64,000 bases of DNA from Ruditapes philippinarum (lineage: Eukaryota): positions 1 to 64,000 of the forward strand of contig NW_026860607.1 in assembly GCF_026571515.1 (NCBI RefSeq), in the 5' to 3' direction. This document shows positions 40,291 to 54,282 of this stretch, piece by piece (within the stretch, counting starts at the first letter, position 1; every line of letters begins with the position of its first letter). Made by a program: the position numbers and the translations under genes. Under the pieces are notes generated by a model. That model was not told the DNA's origin, did not search any database, and saw only the letters and a list, made by a program, of their open reading frames with translations.

Positions 40291-40890
40291 TTTTTGTGTC
40301 GCCTCTACGGAGTAGTGGCGACATATAGGGGTCACTTCTCCGTCGTCTGTCCGTCTGTCTGTCCGTCCGTCACAAAAATTGTCCGGACTACTCCTCATAA
40401 ACAACTGGTGCAATTTCATCCAAACTTTACAGGAATGATCAGTACTAAGTCTAGTTAAGCACAGTGTCAGCATTTTCCGGTTCAATGATTTTTGTCGGAG
40501 TTATGGGCTTTTATTTATGTTTATTTGTAAAGTTTGCCCGGACTACTTCTCTTATACCACTTATGCAATTTCAATGAAACTTTACAGGATTGATCTGTAG
40601 CTCAAGTCCTTCCGCATATTGCACGGGTTTTCCGGTTGAATGATTTTGGCCGAGTTATGGCCCTTTAATAAAAAGGTGTTTTTTTTTCTGTGTGTTGCCA
40701 GATACACAAAAGCTTGTCCGGACTTCTCCTCATAAACTACTGGTGCAATTTTATCCAAACTTTATAGGAATGATCAGTACCAAGTCTAGTTGTGCACTGT
40801 CCGTCTGCCTGTCCGTCTGTCACAAAACTTGTCCCAACGTGAAATTGGCCATCATGAGGCGACACATGTGATCACTGATCGCTCTTGTTT
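40291..40890 (+). mobile_element. HINE-like non-autonomous element with short internal tandem units
   Basis: TGTCGCC...GGCGACA termini, (GTCT/GTCC)n tract, repeated GCAATTTCATCCAAACTTTACAGGAATGATC, and 3' GATCACTGATC...CTCTTGTT. Confidence 0.65.
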
Positions 40891-41732
40891 GTAATATGTT
40901 TATCTAAATATTTTGATAAAAAATAAGATGCTTTATAGAGTGAGCTGTTTTATTCTGCTCAAAATTTGCAACATCATCTTTACTTGACTATCGTTATTGT
41001 AAATGCAAAGCATTTATAAAACAGTTACCTTTTCACTCGGCTGCAAATCAGCCGTTTAAATAAGACGCATGATTTACTGTGGAATGATACATGAACTTTG
41101 CGAGTCGTCAATAAAAACGAAAGTATATTAAAACATTCACATTCATCAGCTTTACACTTCAGGACCAATACAAGATTTCTTGCTTTGTTACAAAACATTT
41201 ATCATTTAAATTTCCGCAATTTCACACGTGTGTGTGTGTGTTTTATTTTGTTTGTTTTTTGGGGTTTTTTGTTAGATTTGGTAACGGGTCTCATGCCTTT
41301 AATGATTTATACATGTTTACTATGTAAATGCAAAAATTTGATTGTTTTATTGTTGGTCATTTGCTGATATAGTTTAATTGGGATAAATTAATAATGTCCA
41401 AGGCATTAGGATAAACCGTAACGAGCGAGTCAGCTATGTCTACATATAAATGAGATACTTGGTGTCAGATTCCTGGCACGATACGAAATTGACCAAAGGA
41501 TACTCACAGCATAAAACGAGTTCTACTCGTACTAGTATGAAGTAATTAAAATTTTCGTGTCGTTATGCTTTCTTTTTAATTTCAACAACTGCGCAGATCT
41601 AAACAGACATTTGACTACGTAGCAATTATTTGGTTATTCCTGGGACAGAAAGATCCTCCGTTCCAGGTTATTCTTAAAGTATGCAGTGAACACGGAGCCA
41701 TTTTACGTGTACATAAAACCTCGCTTGTATTA

Positions 41733-41943
41733 TTAGCTCACCAGAGCCGAAGGCTTAGGGTGAGCTATTAGTATCATATTAATTTGATTAGCCACATTTA
41801 AGTTAAAGCTTAGATGTCCCAGGTCTTCAAATTATTGTTTAAACATATTCTATGCTCAAATTTAATATTAGAAAATATTGACATTCAAACACTGAAAAAC
41901 AGTTGTTTCTGGTGAGCGACTCAGGGCCATCATGGCCCTCTTG
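41733..41943 (+). mobile_element. Internally deleted copy of the 1245-2326 type element
   Basis: TTAGCTCACC...GGTGAGCTA start and GGTGAGCGACTCAGGGCCATCATGGCCCTCTTG end. Confidence 0.65.
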
Positions 41944-44900
41944 ATTTTATACACGTAAAGCGTATCAAATGCCATATTTTAGCTGTAGGCTAGGATAGAT
42001 CTGTCCGTTGTCGTCTGTCGTCCGTGGTTATTCGCCCTTGCCTCTATTGTCACAAAACTAAGTCAGAAAAATTGTCGATTGATTAGTCGAAAATGTTCGA
42101 ATATCGGTCATCTGGGATTAAAACTGGGTCAAATGATTTACAAACAGAAAAAACGTTGTTAACACACTAAAGGCTATATTTCAGTCGAAATATAAAGGTT
42201 GTTTTGCTGTTTTCTGGCCCAATTTCAAATATGGGCAATTTGGGGTTCAAATACTAGATCACAGAGAAAATAATATGCATTACTTGTATACACTATAGAG
42301 GTAACATTTTCAGGCAAAATTTCCTTCAAATTCGTCATAACTGATTTCTAAGGCATATTGTTCATACTTTAATTTACATTTTGTGATAGCGTTAATTAAA
42401 CGCAATTGATATAGATTCTTAATAAATTCTTAATTGCAAAAGTAACAACGCATGATATTAAGTAAGAAAAAAATGTAATATTGAATTAATGAGTGAAATG
42501 ACACTAAAACGCTAGGTAGGTAAGGTTATATATTGACATGCGATCTTTAAATATAATGACAGAAACATAAATTTTAAGAGAGACCAAAGTGTGGTTCACA
42601 TACATTGTTTTTGCGTTTTCTGCCTTCGAATAGTTTTTTTCAGGTCATAACAAGAAAAGATAACTTATACGTTATTCTTATTTTTAAGAAATTTGTAATG
42701 TTTTAAGTACAATAAACTACACGTACTTATCTCAATGTTTTACAAATTTTACACAATCACCCGAATTTAGCGATGTGAAAGCAGAAATAGTAACAACTCC
42801 TTCATAACCTACATTGTGAGTTGAATAAAAAAGAATGTAAGAACGTCATCATAAAAACATCTCAATTATATTATTATGTTTATTAACATTTAAATCTGTT
42901 ATGATAATAGTTATTCTATATGTAGTATATAATTACATGAACTGTTTTTTGTAATAAATTTTGAATCTTATAATACATGGTATCGCATCAACGCTACAAC
43001 AAATTACCATTGATCGGTAGTTTTTTTTTTCAGCCAAATTATGGAGTGAACCGATGACAACGTATTTAACACCGATATCACCTATTGGTCACCTGTTTTC
43101 CACCTATCAACTGCTATTGGGGAAAGATAAGTTTTATCGGTGAAAAATTACCGATTGGTATTTTTAAACATGTTTAAAATTCTCGATCGGTGAAAATATT
43201 TTACAAATAACCAACAGCAACCTATATCACGAGGTATGCAAGCACTTAACCACCGATATCGCCGATCGGACAAAGATAACCAAATATGAATTACCGGCCA
43301 TATCTGACGGAAAGTGTTTAACCACTGATGACTAGCTATCAAACACCGATTAATCAGCGTTACGCCCGATTTAGCTCCGATTTACAAACGATAAAAACAG
43401 ATAGTAATTCAGCATTTTTATCACCTATCCAACACCGTTTGAGTTTGCTTTCTGTCACTGATGGCCATTTACACAGATAACCAGAAATAAAATAACGCAT
43501 GACAACCCATCATAACAGCGAGTAAATTTAGAATTAAATGACTGATTGGGGATCGACCGTCTGTGTAACTGGCCCTTAAACATCGCACAATGCATGAATA
43601 TCATATAAAGTTACTGCAATTTACAAAGTTTCTGCAAAATAACATTAAATGAAGATGTGTATATATATCTTTGTTAATACCAATTGTGGGGAGTAACTGC
43701 CCAGTGGAAATTAGAATTGGCTGTCAATCAAGTCTTGGATAACGGTGATTTCTTTGAATTTTAAAATGGTTTATTAACGTGGCGTCATGATATGGAATGT
43801 CCTAAGTGGAGTTGAGTAGTTGTGTAGTCCACAGGAGGATCGATGGATGGACCAAACCACCAGGGATATTTTTTTTTTTATTGGGTGGGGGGGTTACACT
43901 GCCCCAACACTGTATAGGACATGTGCGACTTTTCACTTTGACATGCGGAACCCACAGCAATGAAGGGCAAGTGTTTTGAATTAAACGATCTTAACCACTC
44001 GGCCACGTGAAAGTGCCATCAGCGCAAAACATTTAAAATGCCATACTTCTTTTTTTTAAGATGGTGTCATTTCTGGTAAAATGAAGCACATTGCCAATAT
44101 TAAAATCATCCTAGTATACTATCATTAAATTTGTCACTGGTTTTATTTATAATTATTTTGAAAGTATTGCTTTGTTTTAGTACAAAATTATCATAAAAAA
44201 CAACTTATTCACACTTTACCGATAATATTTACATCGTTACATTTGTTCAGATAAACTATATTGTTAAAAGTCGTAGAACATGGTACTTTATATGTATAAT
44301 ATACAAAACAAATGCTCTGCTTTATTAAGTTGTTACAAGTATTGTATTCAAAAGTCGTTAATTTTATACAAGAAAAAAGATGAAAATTTAATTTTAAGCA
44401 TAATTTCCAATCCGTACTTGTTCTTTCTTTTAAAGTTCTCATATGTTGGCTTTAGTAATGAGTCAAAAAAATTTTTTCCTCAACGCGACATATACACTTA
44501 GTAAAAAGAGTTTCTTCATCTTCAATTTAGTGTTGGATAATATCCACAAGGAAAAAACCAAAGACCAAGCAAACAAAACAACAACAACAAACGATTTCTT
44601 ATTCAAACAACATTCGGCCATCATCAGATATTTGATGCTTGTTAAAATGTTACAAATATGTCCATGGTAACAGATTTGTAGGTTTTACACAAAATTTTGT
44701 GTCTATTTTATGTTTCAAATTTGGCTGTATATTCTTTTTTAGTTTAAAATGATTTAAATAAATGACGAATTTAAATAAAATTTGAAGATGGTAGACATTT
44801 AGAGGCTAATACAAAAATAAACAACACACTAAATGAATAATTACCGAGGAAAAATCTTATCTTTTAAAGTAGCTTGTCCTGAAATATCTATCAAAATGAA

Positions 44901-45777
44901 ATTTCGAAATTCTATTGATTCTTTAGTCTAATTAAGGAAGATATTACTCATGTATCATTATAAGTTTATTGAACCACTTGGACCATTAGTAACTCTGCAC
45001 AATCCGGTCTTTCAGTGTCGTGTATGAATCTCTTAAAGGGCGTTATCGATTTGTTAGTGCGTATATATAGTAGTCAAGTCACAATTCTGAACTTATTTAC
45101 CCGATTATCAATGATTGAAATTTCTTTAGTACAGAAGATGAATGCATAGTGATTTGCATGCTATGGATTCTTCTGATAGAAAAAGATTCATTCAGTGATA
45201 GAAAAAGATTCATTCATAGAAAAAATCATTATCAATATATTTGAATATCTTCAATTAAATAAACTAAATAACGTTAGACTTAAACTATTGTAATTGATAA
45301 TGTAAATTATATACTACTTATATCAATACTACTTATATCAATATAAACATATAATTTGTTGGATATTCATTTTTTCTGCGTATATTTTATGCGTATTCTA
45401 TAAGTGATCACTTAAATGTTATTTAGCACAAAGAATATACCACCATTTGTACTACAATTTAAACCTGATATCATACATAAGCCTCGTGATACTGTATGGA
45501 AACTAAGTCAACGAAATATTTAACCGAATTTTTATACCACACTGACCCTGCACATGATCAATATGTAAGTTGTGTTGAAATTATAAATCTATGTCAATAA
45601 CCTTGTTTTATTAAGGTAACTGCCAGTAGTACAAAGTTTAAAATATAATTTACTTCCGTTTGTTTCCGAATTCCCAGAAGGTCTTTTCAAAGAAGAGAAT
45701 ACGACTTATTAAGCGACGTTATTAAATGTCAACGATTTGTAGAGGTTGCAATAATACGAAAACTTATACCAAAGAAA

Positions 45778-47031
45778 ATGGCTGTGCAATTAACAAATAT
45801 GGAAGAAGAAAAGTATACCGCCGGAATGATTCTTAGCGGTGTTGGAGATGCATTGGGATACAGAAGAGGCAATTGGGAATTTTGTTTGGATGGGAATATT
45901 ATTCACGAAGAGCTAAAGCATCTGGGGGGTCTTTCGAAACTGAAAGTTGATACGAAAGAATGGATGGTCAGTGACGATACTGTAATGCATTTAGCAACCG
46001 CTGACGCTCTCATAAAACACAAGCAAAGTGTTGATAAATTAAAGTTATACCAGGACATTGCAAACAATTACATTCGTTGCATGAATGACATGGTCGGAAG
46101 GGCGCCAGGAATAACATGTAAAGAAATGTGCAGACGTCTTCAACCCGACAAACTTCCAAATGGTTTGAGAATTCCGTTTAATACGAGAGGTGGTGGATGT
46201 GGTGCTGCGATGAGGTCTATGTGTATCGGGTTGAGATTTCCACACGATGTGCAAGTCAACGATTTAGTTGAAATAAGCATAGAGTCAGGAAGGCTTACTC
46301 ACCATCATCCAACTGGATACCTTGGCTCACTGGCAGCAGCTCTATTCACATCATACGCTGTTCAAGACAGGCCACTAAAAGAATGGGGTAAAGGATTGTT
46401 AACAACACTTGAGATTGCTAAAGACTATGTATCACAGGAAAAAGAAAACTTACATCCAGACATAGACACTATACAGCAAAATATTGATCACTGGAATTAT
46501 TTTCAAGCGAAATGGGAATTCTTCCTCCGAATGAGAAATATATCAGACGGACAATCCGATCCAATTTTTTCACCGGACGAATACCAAGTAAAGAAACGTG
46601 ACCAGATGTACCGCATGCTTAGTTATGACGACATCGGCGGGGCAAGTGGTCATGATGCACCAATGATCGCATATGATGCATTATTAGCTTGCAAAGGAAA
46701 CTGGGATGATTTATGTCATCGAGCAATGTTTCATGGGGGCGACAGTGATAGCACTGGTGTTATTGCAGGATGTCTTTATGGTGTTTTGTACGGAATTGAT
46801 GCAGTCCACAAGAAGAACTATAAAGGGCTAGAATATTTTGACAGATTGAAAAATGTTGGCAAAAAATTGTTTCATCTAGCAAAAGAGGCAAAGTTTATGA
46901 CAACTACAATCGAATTAAAACCAGACAATGATGAGAAGTTAAAATATTGTGATAAAGATGGTGCTACTAAATCATCTTTCTCTGAGTCGTTTATCGAAGC
47001 CGGAGCAAATCCAGACACCGAAACAGAATAG
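45778..47031 (+). CDS. ADPRH: ADP-ribosylarginine hydrolase (ARH1-like) paralog, 417 aa, intronless, with a ~50-aa charged C-terminal extension
   Basis: GDALGY...WEF, VSDDTVMHLATA, GRAPG, GGGCGAAMRSMCIGLRFP, THHHPTGYLG, SGHDAPMIAYDA and FHGGDSDSTG are all intact. Confidence 0.95.
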   Translation: MAVQLTNMEEEKYTAGMILSGVGDALGYRRGNWEFCLDGNIIHEELKHLGGLSKLKVDTKEWMVSDDTVMHLATADALIKHKQSVDKLKLYQDIANNYIRCMNDMVGRAPGITCKEMCRRLQPDKLPNGLRIPFNTRGGGCGAAMRSMCIGLRFPHDVQVNDLVEISIESGRLTHHHPTGYLGSLAAALFTSYAVQDRPLKEWGKGLLTTLEIAKDYVSQEKENLHPDIDTIQQNIDHWNYFQAKWEFFLRMRNISDGQSDPIFSPDEYQVKKRDQMYRMLSYDDIGGASGHDAPMIAYDALLACKGNWDDLCHRAMFHGGDSDSTGVIAGCLYGVLYGIDAVHKKNYKGLEYFDRLKNVGKKLFHLAKEAKFMTTTIELKPDNDEKLKYCDKDGATKSSFSESFIEAGANPDTETE

Positions 47032-47597
47032 ACAAATGCATGTTCTGTCACGTCAAGTAAATAATACTTTGATGAACAAGTAACAAAAACAAATTCATGT
47101 TAAGAAGTATAAGGATTCTAAAAGCAAACATAAGCAAAACGAAAACAATATATAGACTATGAAAAGCCTTTTGGAAAAATATAGACGTTTTTATAAAAAA
47201 AAAATGTTATCTACCTTTTATAACATCATGTAATTCTTTATCTTTCCTTTCGTCTAATAAAAAACATATATTTGACATAGTTCACATCGCATAAACTGTC
47301 TTCAATAAAGTTTATTTAGTCATTCGCGTCTATCTAGGTAAACACTACGCAAGCCTGAATGGCTTAGTTAATTAGACGCTAATTAGAAAAATAGTAAACA
47401 GCTACAGTCGGATTTACGTCCCTCTTTCTTGTCAGTTAAAATCGAAATTTTTGTCAATAGCGTTAAATACGTACTTATATTTAATAACTGAGAGTGAACA
47501 GAAATAGAATATATTTGTTCAACAGTTTCTTATTCTCGTTGTTGTAGATGTTTGGAGATCGGGGCTAAATCCATTACATTTTATAAATACTATTTAA

Positions 47598-48374
47598 GGT
47601 ATTACCATCCTAATGCCTTACCTCCGCTTTAAAGAGTATTCAAATAGGCTAGAACTACTGTTAACTACATTGAAACCGAGGGCCATGGGTTCAAACCTCA
47701 GATGGGTCAATTTTTTTTCTTTTAACATTATTTATGTATCGCTCCATCCATTTTGGGTAGAAAAAAGTGTGTATTTTTTATTATTTAATTTATATAGGAA
47801 TTTATTGGCTAAATAATGCTAAATCTAGTAATAAATATGGTACCTGATATTTTCAAAGTGTAATAAAACCAAAACTAGACGGTAAAAGTATTTAATATTT
47901 TACAAGATCAACCAATATACTTTTTTTTTAAATTTAGGGAAACTTTGAAAACAGGCACTCATTCGGGTAAATTTTAAGGATTTTTTAAATTAGGCTCCCT
48001 AAGTAGGAAAATGGTCAAACACGTGTTAAAATGGATGGGGTACGGTAACATTTTTATACATATTTTATAAATTTTGAGTAGAAACCATAATTTTGTTTAT
48101 GTTGATTGTTAGCTGAATAGTACTATTTGTTTCTTACCAAAAAATAATGGGAAAACGTTTTTCATTAAAATGTTATTGTAGATTATTTAAAGGTTACTCA
48201 TTTCTGAAAAAGGACCCTCATACACCCTAGCTTCAGTTTATAAAAGTGGCCATAACTCGAATTCCGTACGGTAAAGTGTGTTTAAATTTTGCATACAGAT
48301 GTACTTTAAGGTATATATCTGACCTATGATATAAATTTTAAGTTCCTTATAGTGCCCATTAGGGTGGTAATACC
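47598..48374. mobile_element. Kolobok-like MITE with TTAA TSD
   Basis: TTAA|GGTATTACCATCCTAATG ... CATTAGGGTGGTAATACC|TTAA. Same family as 5049-5843. Absent from the paralogous flank at ~200-230. Confidence 0.8.
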
Positions 48375-49709
48375 TTAACAAATACATATCAACAAATCTA
48401 TATATCGACATATATAGCATTTCGGTAACTAACAATATATATATATTTCTATAAGACACTATTATTAGGATTATTCCATTCCAATGGCAATAGAAAACAA
48501 TTACCAACAATTTAAACATTTCAATAACACTTCCGTTTTACAAAACAAAAGATACTGGTAGTTGTCCTCAAATACCAATGTCAAATATCATTTTTTAATT
48601 TAAGTTAACGTTATAAAATATCTATTAACTTGTAATCTTTAAAGCAACATTTTAACTACACCGAAGCCACCGTCAAATACAATATTTTGACACTTTGATG
48701 GCTGAAATGTATTATCTAATAATTATGCTCACGTTGTATATTTAGACCTTTACTTCTTTACTTCATTATATTTCAAATATTTGATTGAAACTTGTATCTG
48801 TACTGATTTAAGGTTTGCTCTGTACTAAACTGTGGCCTTTGTAATTCAAAGATAATGCTTGGTATTCAATTTTCCTTTTTGCAATTTTACCCGTGGTCTT
48901 CTGTTTATTTTTCTGATTCAGGTACATTGTTTAAAAGGACTCCATTAAGTTTTTTTACATGACGGGATCGGAAATGTTGTTCCGATATCAATGTTCCGTA
49001 TGCTAAAGATCTAGACCAATAACTTAATTGTGTGCAAAATCTTACATCAATCGCTCACTCCGTTTTTAAAGAATAATTATTCTAATTGTGTAAAATGACC
49101 GCACATTGAAAAGCGTTGCAACGCAATGTGATTTGCATTTGTATCTCTGATTGTCTTCCTTTCAACTATTCTCGTTTGTATTGGTTCCCTTTCACGTTTC
49201 TTCAATTTGAAGTTTACAACACAAAACGAAAAATCCATATTTAGATAAGTTCAGTTAATAAACTAGCTAAAGACACAATCCTCATTGTCAAAAACTATTT
49301 AAAGAGTGTACTGTACGGGTTTAATGAATTGTGTGTGGGGGTTTTTTTAATGTTTGATCTATTTGATTTTCATATCTTCAACAGTGAAATATGAATTGGT
49401 TTAAAGATTTTTATTCCCGAAAGTATATATAATGTTCATACAAATAAATAACAAACAAAATATTTTTACACAATGGAATAGGATGAGAATGAAAGACAAG
49501 TTTTAAAGAATTATTCTCCTTTGGCGAACTATATGGTTTGTAATAGTAAGTATATACTAGACAAGGGAATACTTAGAATCTTAGAATTCAAGTAACGGTT
49601 TATATGTTACATGCGATGAATGACCGATTTTGCAGTAATTATCACCATTTTTGTCCTGCACGAATAACACATTAAGGGCTTTATTTAGGAAAACGATCTC
49701 GATTCTGTA

Positions 49710-50614
49710 CGGTGTTCCGTTTGGACAGTCGCGATTTTTTTATTTAGTCTGTTATCGCAATGCACGATGGAACGATGGTGAAAACGCGATGGTATGATGA
49801 TGAAAACGTGATGGTACGATGGTGAAATCGCGATGGCAAAATGATGAAAACGCGATGGTACGGTGGTAAAGCGCGATGGTACGATGGTGAAATCGTGATG
49901 GCACGAGGCTAAAAGCGCGATAACACGATGGTGAAAACGCGATTGTATGATGGTGAAAGCGCGATGGTACGATTGTGAAAACGCGAGTGCACGATGGTGA
50001 AATCGCGATGGCACGATGGTGAAAACACGATGACGCGATGGTGAAAACGCGATGGTACGGTGGTGAAAATGCGATGGTATAATGGTGAAATCGCGATGGC
50101 ACAATGATGAAAAACGCGATGGTTCGATGTTGAAAGCCCGATGGAACGATGGTGAAATCGCGATGGCGCAATGGTGAAAACGCGATGGTATAATGATGAA
50201 AACGCGATGGCACAATGACGAAAATGCGATGGTATGGTGGTGAAAGCGCGATGGTGCGATGGTAAAATCGCGATGGCACGAGTGGTGAAAGCGCGATAAC
50301 ACGATGGTGAAAACGCGATGGTACGATGGTGAAAGCGCGATGGTACGATTAAGAAAACGCGATTTCACGATGGTGAAATCGCGATAGCACGATGGTGAAA
50401 ACACGATGGCGCGATGGTGCGATGGTGAAAACGCGATAGTACGATGGTGAAAATGCGATGGTACGATGGTGAAAACATCGCGATCGCACCATCGCGTTTT
50501 TATCATCGTGCCATCGTGTTTTCACCATCATGCCATCGCGATTTCACAATCGTACCATCGTGCTTCTTGGGTACAGACTAAATAAAAAATCACGATTGTC
50601 CAAACGAAACATCG
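49710..50614. mobile_element. TA-flanked TIR element carrying an internal ~22-bp (11+11) tandem array CGATGGTGAAAACGCGATGGTA
   Basis: TA|CGGTGTTCCGTTTGGACAGTCGCGATTTTTTTATTTAGTCTGT ... ACAGACTAAATAAAAAATCACGATTGTCCAAACGAAACATCG|TA. The array flips orientation at ~50480. Confidence 0.85.
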
Positions 50615-50624
50615 TAATTCTGAG

Positions 50625-51230
50625 TGCATTGTTGTAGAAAAATGCACGGTTTAAGTTCAAATGCGTAGGAATATAATCACGAACGCCGATAGGCTGTACA
50701 GACTTTTAAAGTGTTGTTTACGTGACGTCACAATATAGCGCCAAACAGCGCATGCAAAGACCATCAAAACAAGAACGCTAGTTCAATGCCGCAAACCAAT
50801 TAATTTTAACATTTATTTCACTATGAATACTCTGTATTTCGCTTGAAAAATATAAAGTGAAATAAAATAAACACACACAATTTTTTTTCAAAAACGTTTT
50901 CAAAATTTATCATTCTCAAAATTTTTCTGCAAACGGTAGACTTATCAACAGTTTGCTTTTTTTCAACAGACTGGAACAGCCTTTAAAGAACTTTCTTTTG
51001 AAAACTCTTAGGCGAAAACAAATTTAACCACCAAACAGTTAGCCCAACTATATTTTCTTGACGTGTCAGAATGGAAATAGATATTAATTCTTCGTGCATT
51101 GTGGTATAATAATGCACGGTTTTTCGTTCAAATGCTTTGTAATTCATCACTCAGACCTACCGACCTTCGTGATTATATTCCTACGCATTTAAACTCGTTT
51201 CGTGCATTATTCTACAACATTCTGCACTAA
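50625..51230. repeat. Inverted-repeat (MITE-like) element
   Basis: GTGCATTGTTGTAGAA...AAATGCGTAGGAATATAATCACGAA (50625-50683) pairs with TTCGTGATTATATTCCTACGCATTT...TTCTACAACA (51166-51220). Confidence 0.55.
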
Positions 51231-53444
51231 GTATTGATATCTATTTCCTACTGAGTATTTGAAATTATTTTTGTCCAATCAATCGTAACACATTTACTTT
51301 CTGTGAATCAGTCTAGTAAATCGGCTGTTTATAAAATAATTAAAAACACTAAGCAGGTAAAAATTTATTAGTACGTATTTACAAAATTAAATTGATCTCG
51401 CGGCCGCGCCGCGCCTGACCAATGTAATTTTATAAATACGTACTAAAAAAACTTTAACCTATACATATATCACTCTTCCGGCCTTTTATCTTTATATAAG
51501 AGAAATCTCCGATGGTGTTAGAATGTATATTTTGGCATTTATTTTGAAATTTACGTGGATTGAAAGTGATGTTTGCAATGTATAAACCACCTTAAAAATC
51601 TTACGGATTTAAATACATTTTCAAATTTTTGATGAAAATTATCATGAATCTGGAGGCTTGCTGCTTTACTCCACACAACCCTTTATATCATTAACAATGC
51701 AACTTAAACCCTTATTTTTATTAGGTATTTTCTTTAATAAAAACTGCTTTATCTCATGTTCAAATACACCAAATAAAAAACCTGTAAAAAAAATTAAAAA
51801 TAGTGTTGATAAAACATTGTCATTCATATTGTCTTCTTGGAAGCGTGTAAAGGGTTTGACCTCGTTTGTCCAATTAAAGCATCAATATAGATTTGACCCC
51901 GCTTTATCGATTTTCCTTAACAATTTGACGCGTTTACGCAACACTTCCTGGAAGCAAAAACTAACTGACATTTACTGATTTTTCTTATTTTAAAATTTTA
52001 TTTTATGACCTATTATATATAGTTGTACGGTTCTTCGTGGAAGCGTTATTGTTAGCATAGATATAGATTGACCCTGTTTGTACTGTTCAGATTTCACCCC
52101 TTTATACAGCTTTTCATAGAAGCATAGATATATGACAATGTTTGAACGGTTCTACATGGATGCATTGATATGGATTTGATACCGTTTGTATGGTTCTTCA
52201 TGACAATTTAGATATAGATTTGACTTTCTATTAAACGGTCTTCTAAAAAGTATAAAAAAATAGAATTTACTTATTTTGTTCTACACTTTGGAAAAGATGA
52301 TAATAGTTGTGGCTTTGTGAAAACAGCCTTTTTCTTGTGAGCCTAAGAACAAGTGAAATCTAATTCATACTAGCATGCTAAGAAGAAAAATAGATTTGCT
52401 GTACGTATATAAATAGATAAAAGGGGATGCTTACTGGAAACAAAACAATAGATAAGACCTTGTCAGTGTTTTTTTTCTTGAAGAAACATGTTAAACAACC
52501 TTTTACAGAGTTTAGACTGCATGCATTTTAAATCAGCCAATAGCAATATAATACAACTGTTTTCTTAATCACTGAAACCATACCCTGGTGAACTCATATT
52601 CAAACCGTCATTCCCCGTGCTGTTGATTAAGAAGAGAAGTTGAAAAATTAAAACAACCCTATAAATGTGATAGATGCATATCAAATAACACATATGTAAA
52701 TTGAAAAAGAGTATATTCATCAACAACATTTAAGCCAATATAATTATATTGTATCATAGTTTGGGGATCTTTCTGTTGAAAATGTGCCATAGTTAAATCG
52801 TATACAAATACATGCACAGTGCGGTAACTGGAGTGCAGGTATTAGTTACCCGCACTCCAGAGTATGCCCATTGATAGGCTCATATTTGATGGGGTTTACT
52901 TATTGTGACGGCAGGAAAAGGGAAAGCGACAGAAATATTATATTCAGATGCTCGTTGATTGATTACTTTTTCAGGGGTTTCATATTGTGACAACAGGGAA
53001 CGTGTTTTAATGTTTGACTATGATACAAAAGAGAAAGAACATCAACACACTCGGCATTCTGATTAATACTTGGGGACTAAACCGCCTCATACATATCAGA
53101 TAGCGCTCTTTCTATTACTTATCAGCATCCAAATAATCAATAATGCATATTATACAGCGGCTCCATTCTGCGGAAAGCAAATTATCATGTTATACCCCCA
53201 CATCCCGGTAGTTTGATCTTTAAGTTTCGTAACATCAATATATAACAATTATAAATATATTGTCCAACAATATTGTCCTGACCGTCAAGATCATAGCATA
53301 AACACTGGTACACTGTAACTAACGAATATATCGATATATTTGTTAACTTCACGCGTCACTGAAGTATGTTTGCATTGGTATAAATCCCAGGCTACCGATC
53401 TGAAGGTCTCTTGTTCGCTTCCTACCCAACACCACGATTTGAAT

Positions 53445-53645
53445 ATACACACTTTTTAATTTACTTCCAGGAATTAATTTGAAATCTTTTTACTTAACCT
53501 GATTTTAAGATACCTTTTATAATAAGTAATTTTTACACAATTTTGAAGATACACACTTCTTAATTTACTTCCAGAATTAATTTAAAATCTTTTTACTTAA
53601 CCTGACTTTAGGATACCTTTTACGATAAGTAGTTTTATACAATTA
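53445..53645. repeat. Two-copy tandem duplication of ~100 bp
   Basis: ATACACACTT.TTAATTTACTTCCAG...TTTTACTTAACCTGA...ATAAGTA occurs twice. Confidence 0.8.
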
Positions 53646-54282
53646 TATTTTTACTTCGTTATTGTTTGATTTTATCAACCTGTCAAGTGCATGCTGAATA
53701 TACGGTCGATGCACACAATATATTAATCTTCGATAAATTTCCATGAGATGTACGTACTAAGATGTGATTAAATTTAATTTGTTTCTACGTAATAGTTACA
53801 CTGACCGTTATAGCTCAATAGGGTAAACTGCAAGTTTATAAATTCTAAATGTCTTACGTGCTGTATGATCGAGACCGCGTATTGCCATATTTTTTATTCA
53901 TAATAATTTGTAACACTATTTAAGCTATGACTTATTTATGCCTTTCTTTCTTCTTTTTATTTCTTTTTTTTAATATGTTTTGAACTTATTTTGGTAAAGA
54001 CTACACTCTTTTGTAAATAACAAAGTTAAATAATTAATGTTTAAAATTCATTCGGATTGAAATCAATAATTGTCATTTCAGGGCCGTAAAATACAATACA
54101 AAACGAGACAAGTCGAAGTTTTAGCGTTTTAAATAATTTTATATCCATATAGACAAAATTTGCAAGCACTTGGCCACTTTCATTAAAATATACGTCAAAA
54201 AGAAAGAAAAAAAGTCTTAAAACAATGACAAAAGTAGGGATCGAACGACAGACCTCTCATATATAACTTAATCATTCAGTAT

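Noticed and set aside
43020-43578. CCGAT/ATCGG-rich segment ending GTGTAACTGGCCCTTAA, a possible Harbinger-type MITE end
   Set aside because: No matching second TIR was found, so it is not called.
36741-47031. Bacterial contaminant or recent HGT explanation for the ART/ARH pair
   Set aside because: The ART genes have phase-conserved GT-AG introns, the ARHs follow animal ARH1 motifs, and the flanks carry host transposons. An ancient transfer of the ART cannot be excluded without a phylogeny.
49685-50531. 273-aa and 175-aa His/Arg-rich ORFs
   Set aside because: They are translations of the 22-bp array inside a TIR element.
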